Source of the DNA: Vulcanimicrobiota bacterium
Lineage (GTDB): Bacteria; Vulcanimicrobiota; Xenobia; Xenobiales; JADMJV01
DNA: 64,000 nucleotides
Assembly: GCA_050250895.1 (NCBI GenBank)
Contig: JBFWNU010000001.1
Location: 648,008-712,007 of the forward strand
Direction: 5' to 3'
In this document: one piece after another, positions 26,409 to 34,725 of the stretch
Numbering within the stretch: the stretch's first letter is position 1
Layout of the letters: every line of letters starts with the position of its first letter
Translations under genes and position numbers: made by a program
The notes under the pieces: model-generated
What the model was told of the DNA's origin: nothing
The model's database searches: none
What the model saw: only the letters and a program-made list of their open reading frames with translations

Positions 26409-26675
26409 GTGGCTCTGAACATCAAGAACGAGGAAGTCGAAAGACTTGCTAGCGAGGTGGCCGCCCTCACCGGCGAGACCAAGACCGAGGCGGTCCGCAA
26501 GGCGCTTGAAGAGCGAAGGCGCAGACTGACACTGCATAGGTCCACGTCTGAGCGGAATATTCTGCAGACTCTCGAAGCCGAGATTTGGAGCGCTTTGCCG
26601 CCCGAGGCTCTCGGTCAGGGATTAGCCTACGAGGCTATCGACGGCATTCTTGGATTCGGCCCAGAAGGCTACTAG
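26409..26675 (+). CDS. vapB: VapB antitoxin (Rv0623-like)
   Basis: ALNIKNEEVERLASEVAALTGETKTEAVRKAL. Adjacent to a PIN toxin. Confidence 0.88.
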   Translation: MALNIKNEEVERLASEVAALTGETKTEAVRKALEERRRRLTLHRSTSERNILQTLEAEIWSALPPEALGQGLAYEAIDGILGFGPEGY

Positions 26676-27086
26676 TTGATCCTGGATTCTTCGTCAATCC
26701 TGGCCATTCTTCTGAAAGAAGCAGAGGCGCCTGCTCTGGTGGCAGCGGTCCGTGACGCCCCGTTGCTAGGAGTAGGCGCCCCCACCCTCTCGAAGACGGG
26801 GGTCGTGCTCGGCAGTCGCCTGGGATTTCAACACCTGCCGATCCTTCATCGTTTCCTGCAACTGTTCGATGTCAACATAATATCATTCGAAACCGGCCAT
26901 TGGCTCGAGGCTATGGAAGCCTACCGGCGTTTTGGAAAGGGCCGGCATCCTGCAGGCCTCAACTTTGGAGACTGTCTAACTTATGCCGTGGCCCGAATCG
27001 CCGCACTCCCGCTACTGTGCGTGGGAGATGACTTCCCGCAGACGGATCTACCACTGGTCGCGTGGAAACTCGACGAGGCTGATTAG
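26676..27086 (+). CDS. vapC: VapC PIN-domain toxin
   Basis: Motifs ILDSSSILA, FGKGRHPAGLNFGDC and GDDF. Confidence 0.92.
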   Translation: MILDSSSILAILLKEAEAPALVAAVRDAPLLGVGAPTLSKTGVVLGSRLGFQHLPILHRFLQLFDVNIISFETGHWLEAMEAYRRFGKGRHPAGLNFGDCLTYAVARIAALPLLCVGDDFPQTDLPLVAWKLDEAD

Positions 27087-27108
27087 GAACCCCGCACCCG
27101 CCAGCGGG

Positions 27109-27747
27109 CTACTTTTCGGCCTTGAGCCCGTCGATCTGTTTGCGGATGGCGGGGCCGTTGCGGTAGCCTAGCTTTACTGCCTGCTCGAGGGCCTCTTCGG
27201 CCTCTTCGAAGCGGTCAGCCATGGCGTAGGCTAACGAGATATTGGCATAAGCCACCGGCAGCTTGGGATCGAGTTCGATCGCTTTCTCGAGGCTCGCGAT
27301 GGCCTTCTTGGGCTGCTCGCGATAGATGTAGAGAGCTCCGAGGCTGGCATGCAACTCGGCGTAGTCAGGCTTGATCTCGAGTGCCTTCTGATAGGCCTTT
27401 TCGGCCGCATCATAGTCGCCGACATGGCGATAAGCCACCCCCAGGTTGGTCCATCCCTGATAGAGCTTGGGATTCTCGCGCAAGGCCTGCTTGTGGGAAG
27501 CGATGGCCTGGTCATAGTCTTCGAGCTCATCGTAGGCATTGCCCAGGATGGTCAAGATGAGCGGGCGCTCTTTCACACCCAGGTCGAGAGCCGACTTGAG
27601 CAGCTGGACCGACTCTTGAAAACGCCTCGCCTGATAGGCTTTGACACCGTCGCGGGCCTTGTCTTCGCCTTTGTAGTCGGTTTTGTCGGCCCAGCCGGCC
27701 GCGGTCAGGAGCAGGGCCAGGAAAATGGCCACCCAAGGTCTTTGCAT
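27109..27747 (-). CDS. Secreted TPR protein
   Basis: Signal peptide and about five TPRs (e.g. WTNLGVAYRHVGDYDAAEKAYQKALEIKP). Confidence 0.88.
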   Translation of the reverse strand: MQRPWVAIFLALLLTAAGWADKTDYKGEDKARDGVKAYQARRFQESVQLLKSALDLGVKERPLILTILGNAYDELEDYDQAIASHKQALRENPKLYQGWTNLGVAYRHVGDYDAAEKAYQKALEIKPDYAELHASLGALYIYREQPKKAIASLEKAIELDPKLPVAYANISLAYAMADRFEEAEEALEQAVKLGYRNGPAIRKQIDGLKAEK

Positions 27748-27756
27748 GGCGGGTTC

Positions 27757-29571
27757 TTAACGCTCGGCGGTCGATTCTCCTGGCGGCACCACATCTAGCC
27801 AACCGAACCAGAGCGGGTGGCGCTGCCGATACCACTGCAAGAGTTCGAGCAAACGCTTCTGTTTTTGGGCCGGAATCACCGAGGTGGGGATTCGGTCAAA
27901 ATGCAGTACCATCCGCTCGTTGCCGGGAAACTCGAGGGCCTCGGCGCAGAGCGTTTGCAGCTCGTTGCGGATGCGGCCCGAGTCGGAAATCTTGACCGGT
28001 CGCGCTTGATAGTCCTCACCCCCCAGGAAACGGTTCAAGAGCGGGTTGAAAATGAGCCGACTCTTGTCCTGGCCTTCCATCAGTCGAAAAGTCAGGATGC
28101 TGTGCTTGTCGGTCCGCTCCGACACCAACCGGACGGTGACCTTATAGGTGTCGGGCCCGACCTTCTCGACACCGGGTAAGCCAGTGTAGGGCTCGGGACC
28201 CATGTACCCCGAGATGGCCAGGACCTCCCAACGTTTCTCGGGGAAGAAGTCATCGGCGGCCAGGACCGCCTTGTGAAGGGGCAAGCCGGCTCCGCTGGCC
28301 TCTTCGATCATCTCGCGATAGTGGTTGGCGTCGAGCTCGGTGCCGGCCACCTCATGGAGACGAGCCTCAAAGTCGTCTGCTTCGGGATCGAGGTGCATGA
28401 TCTTGCGCTCGCGCTCGTAGGGCAGCTCGAAGGCCGAGGTGAAGACCGAGAGTGAAGCGTGCAGCCCCAGGATGGGGGCCAGACTGGCCGCCTGCAAAGC
28501 CTCGGCCGAGGCGGCATAGCCATCGCATAGAAACAGGTGAGTATTGCCCTGCTCGTCGGACCAACTGCCCACCCGATAGGTGGGCGAATAGGTGCCCGAC
28601 TCGGTGAAAGCCTCGCCACCCGTGGGCATCACCCAGCCGTCTTCGACCAGATGGACGCCCAGGGCTTTCCAGTCGTTCCACAGTCCGGACAGACGCTTTT
28701 CCCGGCTCTTGCCGGCCAGCGTCCAGACATGGACATGTTCGGGTTTGATGCCGGGATAGGTGGCCTCGATAGCCTTGAGCACCAGCCTGCGCGGAGTGCG
28801 ATAATCGATCAGGATGGCTCGCTCGGCGGCTGCGTCGACCACCTGCCTGGGCAGGGTCAAGGTGCCCATGTAGCCCTCATAAGGTCGCAACACATGCAGC
28901 GGCTGATTGAAGACGTGCAGGATCGTCATGGTGCCGGGAGCCCTGCCCAGAGCGAAACGAGAAGTGTTCTCTAAAGTATCGATAGCGGCTCCCCAGACGG
29001 TGATGCCCGAGGCTTTGATCTCGCCGTAAAACTCGCTCCAGCCATAGCTGCTGTCATTGAGCAGGCGCAGCACCCGAGCGTCGAGCCAGCGGGCGATCTC
29101 GGGGCGGGCATAGACCCGACCGAAGCCTAGTTGAGGGTTAGAGCCCATCTCGGGGGTCTCGCCGGCCTTCGGCATCAGGCCCTCACCCAGGCAAACCATG
29201 ATAGCGTGATTCTCGGGTAGGTGGCGGGTCAGATACCAGAGGCTCTCGCTCATAGCGTAGGCCGAGATGGCGTCGGCCTCTTTCTTGACCTGGTTGAGCC
29301 CAGCTTTGTCCAAGCCGGCGCCCTCGCCGAATCGACCGTAAATCTTGGTACCCAGGGCGGTGACGGCGGCGGTCACCGCCAGTTGGCGCTCGATCTGCCC
29401 GCTCACGAACGACATGGGCTGGGGCGTCGGGGCCGGCGGCTTGCCGCGGGTCCAGCGCGTCTCGACATCCTCTAGCCAGAGGTGGAAGCGTCCCAAAATC
29501 GGTCGGGTGTCAAAAGCCCACTGGGCCAGGACATCCCGTTTGTCCTGGCTGGTTTCGGTGATGGTTTGCAT
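27757..29571 (-). CDS. Divergent, enlarged GlpX (class II FBPase)-like protein
   Basis: Ordered GlpX-like motifs KEADAISAYAM, VCLGEG, AAIDTLENT, GYMG and GYAASAEA. Confidence 0.55.
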   Translation of the reverse strand: MQTITETSQDKRDVLAQWAFDTRPILGRFHLWLEDVETRWTRGKPPAPTPQPMSFVSGQIERQLAVTAAVTALGTKIYGRFGEGAGLDKAGLNQVKKEADAISAYAMSESLWYLTRHLPENHAIMVCLGEGLMPKAGETPEMGSNPQLGFGRVYARPEIARWLDARVLRLLNDSSYGWSEFYGEIKASGITVWGAAIDTLENTSRFALGRAPGTMTILHVFNQPLHVLRPYEGYMGTLTLPRQVVDAAAERAILIDYRTPRRLVLKAIEATYPGIKPEHVHVWTLAGKSREKRLSGLWNDWKALGVHLVEDGWVMPTGGEAFTESGTYSPTYRVGSWSDEQGNTHLFLCDGYAASAEALQAASLAPILGLHASLSVFTSAFELPYERERKIMHLDPEADDFEARLHEVAGTELDANHYREMIEEASGAGLPLHKAVLAADDFFPEKRWEVLAISGYMGPEPYTGLPGVEKVGPDTYKVTVRLVSERTDKHSILTFRLMEGQDKSRLIFNPLLNRFLGGEDYQARPVKISDSGRIRNELQTLCAEALEFPGNERMVLHFDRIPTSVIPAQKQKRLLELLQWYRQRHPLWFGWLDVVPPGESTAER

Positions 29572-29618
29572 CGCTGCAGATTAGACCTCGCGGCCCCGGG
29601 CCCTGCCTGCTATGACGT

Positions 29619-31121
29619 CTAGTAGACGCGCATCTCGACGAGTCGTTGCTGCTTGAGCACGAACTGAATCCCGGGCAGCTTGTAGACGGTGGTGGAGAAA
29701 TCCTCAGACAGACCTTCCTTGGCGTCGGGATAAGCCCGCGTGAGCTTGGCCTGGGAGCTGCCCAAAAAGACTTTGCGTTCGGTAATGGCGCGAACACCCT
29801 GGACCGTAATCGAGGTCACCGCGTCGGGGGCACGACCGTTGTGGGTGGTCACCTCGACCATGTGTCCGGGTGTCCCCCAGCGCACCAGCCCGCTGTTGGC
29901 CTGGCCTCGTTCGGGGGGACGAGTGTAGGTTGGCTCGCCGAGCAGTTGGTAGGCTTCGGCCGAAACCTTCTCGCCCAGTTTGATGGGCCCGACACCCAGG
30001 CCTGGCTCCACCACCAGCTTCTCGAAACGCCAACCCTCCCGGTTGGGAGGTTCGATAATCATCTCGTCGAGCTGGCGAGCCCGCACGCGCAGAACCAGGC
30101 CGGGGGTCAGAAAATCGCTGCTGTTCGAATCGGGGCCGGCTTCTTTCTGAGCCTCGGGCGCCAGTTCCTTGAGCTTGTCCACGGGCACTCCCAGGTAAAG
30201 GCCTTCGGATGTGGTCGCGCGCAGACCACGAAGGACCACTCGCGTCACGCGCAGATTCTCTTTGTCGCGCTCGATTTTGAGCATCTTCGCGCCGCCGCCC
30301 CAGACCAGCGAGGCCGGCGTCTCGGAAGCGGGGGGACCCAGCAGCGTGAAGGCCTCGCCCGACATCGGTTCCCCCAGGCTGGCCAACTCTTTTAGCCCCT
30401 CACCAGGCAGGACCACCAAACGCATCTTGTCCCAGCCCCGCACCTCGACCTCAGGCGTGGGGGTGGCGGTGGGTGCGGGGGTACTCACTGGGACGGGGCT
30501 GGGGCTGGGAGTCGAGGTGACTTCGGGAGCAGGTTCGGTGGTAGCCACCGGCTCGGGGGTTTCAGGGGGGGCGGCCTCTCTGGCCTCGACCAGATGGCTC
30601 TCGGGCAACTCCACCACCGGCGGTTCGCCCTGGATTTTGAGGTCGCTGTGAGAAATGGGAGCGTAGCCTTCGGCTCCGACCGTGACCGAACAAAGTCTAG
30701 GAGGGTCGTTCCCCGGATAGGCGACGGCCGCCTTGAAGGACCCGTCAGCAGCGACCCGGACCGTGTCGAGACCGACTTGCCGGCCGGACTCAGGAAGAGT
30801 CACCATCAATCGAATCTGGTCCTGGCCGGTGGTCAGGCCGCGGACGCTCCCGCGGACTTCAAAAGTGGGCAACTCGACCGGCTGGGTAAACATGAGTCGA
30901 TGGGCCACCGGCAGGGCCACCAACAGCAACAGCACTCCGATGCCGAGCGCGGTCAGAGCCGGCATGAAGGGTCGCATCCCCTGGGTCAAACGGCTCAGGT
31001 GGAGAATTCGGTAGCCACGCCCTGCCAGCGTCTCACGAGCATGTTGTTCATCATCAGCGACTAGGCGAAAGGTCCTGACAGCGCCGGTGTCGTCGATAAT
31101 TTTGCAAAGATACTTGGGCAT
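29619..31121 (-). CDS. Membrane-anchored protein with PilC/GspF-like N-terminal cytoplasmic motif and duplicated exported domain
   Basis: MPKYLCKIIDDTG...ADDEQHARETLAGRGYRIL, one TM, a Pro/Thr linker and two internal repeats. Confidence 0.55.
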   Translation of the reverse strand: MPKYLCKIIDDTGAVRTFRLVADDEQHARETLAGRGYRILHLSRLTQGMRPFMPALTALGIGVLLLLVALPVAHRLMFTQPVELPTFEVRGSVRGLTTGQDQIRLMVTLPESGRQVGLDTVRVAADGSFKAAVAYPGNDPPRLCSVTVGAEGYAPISHSDLKIQGEPPVVELPESHLVEAREAAPPETPEPVATTEPAPEVTSTPSPSPVPVSTPAPTATPTPEVEVRGWDKMRLVVLPGEGLKELASLGEPMSGEAFTLLGPPASETPASLVWGGGAKMLKIERDKENLRVTRVVLRGLRATTSEGLYLGVPVDKLKELAPEAQKEAGPDSNSSDFLTPGLVLRVRARQLDEMIIEPPNREGWRFEKLVVEPGLGVGPIKLGEKVSAEAYQLLGEPTYTRPPERGQANSGLVRWGTPGHMVEVTTHNGRAPDAVTSITVQGVRAITERKVFLGSSQAKLTRAYPDAKEGLSEDFSTTVYKLPGIQFVLKQQRLVEMRVY

Positions 31122-31168
31122 GAACTACCAGGGCAGGGATTCCACGATTCCTAGACAATATCTACACA

Positions 31169-32611
31169 ATGATTCCAACAGGCGTCCCTACCACCAGACT
31201 TCGAGACCTCAACGGGGGCTCCATCCATCCAGAAGGAGAATTTGTTCTCTATTGGATGATTGCCAACCGGCGTTCCTGCTGGAACTTTTCCCTAGATCGT
31301 GCCCTTGATTACGCGCGCGCGCTGGCCAAACCGTTACTGGTCCTCGAAGCCCTGAGGCTTGACTACAAGTGGGCCAGTCAGCGCCTTCACCAATTCGTCA
31401 TCGATGGCATGCGCGCCAACCAGGCTGCGTTTGCGGATTCTCCCATCACCTATTTTCCCTATCTCGAGACCAGGTCCGGCGAAGGAAGCGGCCTGCTCGA
31501 GTGGCTGGCCGAGCGGGCGGCCGTGGTGGTCACCGACGACTTTCCGTGTTTCTTCCTGCCTCGCATGCTAACGGCGGCAGCGCGACGAATCCAACCAAAA
31601 CTCGAAGCCGTAGACTCCAACGGTCTCTTTCCTATGCGAGCCACCGACCGAACCTTTGCTCGGGCTGTCGACTTTCGTCGCTATCTCCAGAAGCACCTGG
31701 AACGCCATCTGGACCACTTTCCTCAGGCCTCCCCCCTGGCCCGACTCGAACTCAAAAGACTCTCGTCTCTGCCTCAGGGCCGCTGGCGGCCCAGCGACCT
31801 GAGCCAGCTGCGCCTCGAGGACCTGCCGGTACCGGCGCTGCCCGGCCCCGTCCGCTTTCAAGGCGGTTCGGCGGCAGCCACCGAGCTGCTGGACCATTTT
31901 CTGCACCAACGGTTGGCTGGCTATGACGAACGCAACGACCCGGAACGCAAGGCCACCAGCGGCTTCTCTCCTTACCTGCACTTCGGCCACCTCTCGAGCC
32001 ACCAGGTCTTTCACGAGGTCGCCGAGAGGGCCGGCTGGCGCCGAGCACGCCTGGGCCCTCAGGCCAGGGGACAGCGGACGGGATGGTGGGGCCTCGAACT
32101 GGCTACCGAGTCTTTCCTCGACCAGTTGGTCACCTGGCGAGAACTGGGCTACAACATGTGCGCCACCCAGCCCGCTTATGACCGCTGGGAGTCTCTGCCC
32201 CAATGGGCTAGCGCCAGTCTGGAAGAACACGCCGACGACCCCCGCGACCACGTCTATAGCCTGGACCGGTTCGAACAGGCGAACACGCATGACCCGCTCT
32301 GGAATGCCGTTCAGAACCAGTTGCGCCAGGAGGGGGTCATTCACAACTATCTGCGCATGCTATGGGGCAAGAAGGTGCTCCACTGGACCCGCCACCCTCG
32401 TGAAGCTCTCGAGATCTTGATTGAACTCAACAACAAATATGCCCTGGACGGCCGCAACCCTAATTCTTATAGCGGGATCTTTTGGATCTTCGGGCGCTAC
32501 GACAGGGCCTGGGGCCCCGAGCGCCCGATTTTCGGAAAGATTCGTTATATGACCAGCGATAGCACCCGGCGCAAGTTCAACCTGGAGCAGTATCTGGCGC
32601 GCTACAGCTAG
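31169..32611 (+). CDS. phrB: Class II CPD DNA photolyase
   Basis: Motifs VLYWM, SPYLHFG, THDPLWNA, YLRMLWGKK, DGRNPNSY and DRAWGPERPIFGKIRYM. Confidence 0.95.
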   Translation: MIPTGVPTTRLRDLNGGSIHPEGEFVLYWMIANRRSCWNFSLDRALDYARALAKPLLVLEALRLDYKWASQRLHQFVIDGMRANQAAFADSPITYFPYLETRSGEGSGLLEWLAERAAVVVTDDFPCFFLPRMLTAAARRIQPKLEAVDSNGLFPMRATDRTFARAVDFRRYLQKHLERHLDHFPQASPLARLELKRLSSLPQGRWRPSDLSQLRLEDLPVPALPGPVRFQGGSAAATELLDHFLHQRLAGYDERNDPERKATSGFSPYLHFGHLSSHQVFHEVAERAGWRRARLGPQARGQRTGWWGLELATESFLDQLVTWRELGYNMCATQPAYDRWESLPQWASASLEEHADDPRDHVYSLDRFEQANTHDPLWNAVQNQLRQEGVIHNYLRMLWGKKVLHWTRHPREALEILIELNNKYALDGRNPNSYSGIFWIFGRYDRAWGPERPIFGKIRYMTSDSTRRKFNLEQYLARYS

Positions 32612-32642
32612 GGGACTCGAGCCGGCGGCCGAAGTCCCCGGG

Positions 32643-33977
32643 GTGGTGCGGCCCCTGCGTGAAGAGGATCTACCCGTTCTGGACCAATTGATCCAGCGCT
32701 GCCCCCAGCTGGGCAGCGAGCGTCCTTCGCTCCTGTGGCTTTTTTGGCGATTCTTTCCCACGACCAGCTGGGTGGTCGAGCGGGAAGGACGGCTGGCGGG
32801 CGCCGTGCTGGCTTTGCCGAGTTTTCGCGAAAGCTCTACGCTATATGTCTATCTGCTGGCCGTCGACCCCGATTTTCAGGGTCGGGGACTGGGTCGAGTT
32901 TTGCTCGAGCAGCTGCAAAGCCAGGCCAGAGCCCATCTCTTCTTGACCACTACCCCGGACAATCCGGCTGCTCTGGCCTTCTACCAAAGAGTCGGTTTCG
33001 AGCCCCCTCAACCGCTCGAGAAAGTGGGCCAGCCTCGGCTGGCCCTGCGGCGCGCCTATCCAGAGGCGGGCTCGGCCATCCTCGCGCGCATCGAGCGAGA
33101 GAGCGGCCTGAGCGGGCTCGCCGAGAGGCTGGCGAATCTGCCCGCCGGCGACCTTCAAAGCCTGCTGTTGGCCGTCTATCACCAGCGCAGCCAAAAGCTC
33201 ACCCCGCCCCAGGTGCTGGCCCAATATCGACAGAGCCGCTTCACCCCCGCCAGCCCCCTGGACGGCCTTACCTCGAGCCGCCTCGAGGTGGCGGCCTTCG
33301 AATGCCTGCCGGAGGGCTTCGAGACCCTCGAGTTATCACCGCTAGCTCCGCTGGGAGCCTGTTCCGTGCTGGGACCGGTGCACCAGAATAAAGTGGTGAG
33401 CACGTCTCGCAATCTCGAGGTAGCCGCCGACCCAACCTGTGGCCTGGCCATGGAGTGCGCCCTGCGTCGTCGCCGGGGCCAATCCGCCCGCCTGGCCGCC
33501 AGCCAGCGGGTGGTCCGGGCCCAGGCCCTGCCGGGGCCGGGGTTCTATGCTCACTTCCGCATGCTGGCCCTGGCTTCGGCCGACCGCTACAGTCGCGCCT
33601 TTCAAACCCAGAGCCTGAGACAGCATCTGGAGTTCTACCTCAGGCTCTTTAGCCGCCTCTGCGAGGGCCGCCAGATCCAGGTGCGCCTGACCGACCTGGG
33701 AGCCGGGCTCGACTCGGGTTTCTTCATGCCGTTGCGCAGCCAGTTCCCAGCCGTGAGCTACGGACTCGACCCGGACCGCGAGGTCGGGGCCTATTATCGT
33801 AGCTGCTGCTTCAAGCTCTGGGTCGACGACCTCGAACTGGGAGATGGCGGTTTTCTCGACTGGACTGCCAGGCTACTCGAAGACGGCCGCGAAACCATGC
33901 TCAGCAGCGGCATCGGTCTCGAACGTCTGGCCGAGTTGTGCAACTGGAAACGCCCAGGCGAGCCGACTGGGGCCTAG
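32643..33977 (+). CDS. GNAT acetyltransferase fused to class II aminoacyl-tRNA synthetase-like domain
   Basis: GNAT LAVDPDFQGRGLG and NPAALAFY. C-terminal ELGDGG and SGIGLERL (class II motif 3-like). Confidence 0.65.
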   Translation: MVRPLREEDLPVLDQLIQRCPQLGSERPSLLWLFWRFFPTTSWVVEREGRLAGAVLALPSFRESSTLYVYLLAVDPDFQGRGLGRVLLEQLQSQARAHLFLTTTPDNPAALAFYQRVGFEPPQPLEKVGQPRLALRRAYPEAGSAILARIERESGLSGLAERLANLPAGDLQSLLLAVYHQRSQKLTPPQVLAQYRQSRFTPASPLDGLTSSRLEVAAFECLPEGFETLELSPLAPLGACSVLGPVHQNKVVSTSRNLEVAADPTCGLAMECALRRRRGQSARLAASQRVVRAQALPGPGFYAHFRMLALASADRYSRAFQTQSLRQHLEFYLRLFSRLCEGRQIQVRLTDLGAGLDSGFFMPLRSQFPAVSYGLDPDREVGAYYRSCCFKLWVDDLELGDGGFLDWTARLLEDGRETMLSSGIGLERLAELCNWKRPGEPTGA

Positions 33978-34678
33978 CGTTCGTCAATCTGGTAGCTCCA
34001 GGTGCCCGGGAATTCCCAGGGCTCCCGACGGATGCGATAGTGACGGTCCAGCACCCTGGAGTAGGCAAAGCCGTCCTCCGTCGTTGGCGCCGATCGGAAT
34101 TCTCCATCCACCAGGTGACAGAGATGAAACGAAATCTCTCCACTGCGGGCATCGACCAGCCAAAGCTCCTCTACCCCGGCAGCGGCATAGAGCGGGGGCA
34201 GTCGCTTCCTGTCCTTTCCCGCCGAGCTGTCGCTGAGAATCTCGACCACCAGGGCTGCGCTGCCCTCAATCTCGATGAGGCGTTCAGGACGAGACCCGGA
34301 AAGATAGCGAGAGCGCCCCTCTCGCAGAGCCTTCAATGAGATCAGCAGAAGGTCCGGCTCGCAGGACAGACCGGCACGGTCGTTGCTCAAGCGAGCGCGA
34401 TCGATGAACAACTGGCCCAGATTCTCGGCTTTGACCCGCCTGTGGAGGGCGGCGTGGAGTTCGCTCTTGAGGGCGCCGTGGCTCTGGAGTTCTTCGGGAG
34501 ACATATCGATCTCGAGGGTTCCGTCCAGAAAGTCGATTCTCCCCCGTTCAGGAAACGCGTCCGAGCGGGCCCATTCCCGAAAGGCGTCGATGCGGCCGGA
34601 ATCGGCCGGAATGACCAGTTCGTCTTCCCAAAGAATGGCGGGTCTCATCAGGTGGGATTTCGTCACGAACGACGCCAT
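33974..34678 (-). CDS. Uma2 family (DUF820) PD-(D/E)XK endonuclease
   Basis: Motifs CEPDLL, LVVEILSDSS..KDR and YAAAGVEELWLVD. Confidence 0.88.
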   Translation of the reverse strand: MASFVTKSHLMRPAILWEDELVIPADSGRIDAFREWARSDAFPERGRIDFLDGTLEIDMSPEELQSHGALKSELHAALHRRVKAENLGQLFIDRARLSNDRAGLSCEPDLLLISLKALREGRSRYLSGSRPERLIEIEGSAALVVEILSDSSAGKDRKRLPPLYAAAGVEELWLVDARSGEISFHLCHLVDGEFRSAPTTEDGFAYSRVLDRHYRIRREPWEFPGTWSYQIDER

Positions 34679-34694
34679 TTCCCGTAGCCGGCGA

Positions 34695-34712
34695 GCCCGC
34701 CTCAAGGCGGGC
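34695..34712. terminator. GC hairpin downstream of the giant TPM-like gene
   Basis: GCCCGCC-TCAA-GGCGGGC. No U-tract. Confidence 0.35.
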
Positions 34713-34725
34713 CCGCCTGGGTCTG

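Noticed and set aside
26346-27100. vapBC as part of a mobile element
   Set aside because: Slightly lower GC, but no flanking direct or inverted repeats, integrase or transposase seen.
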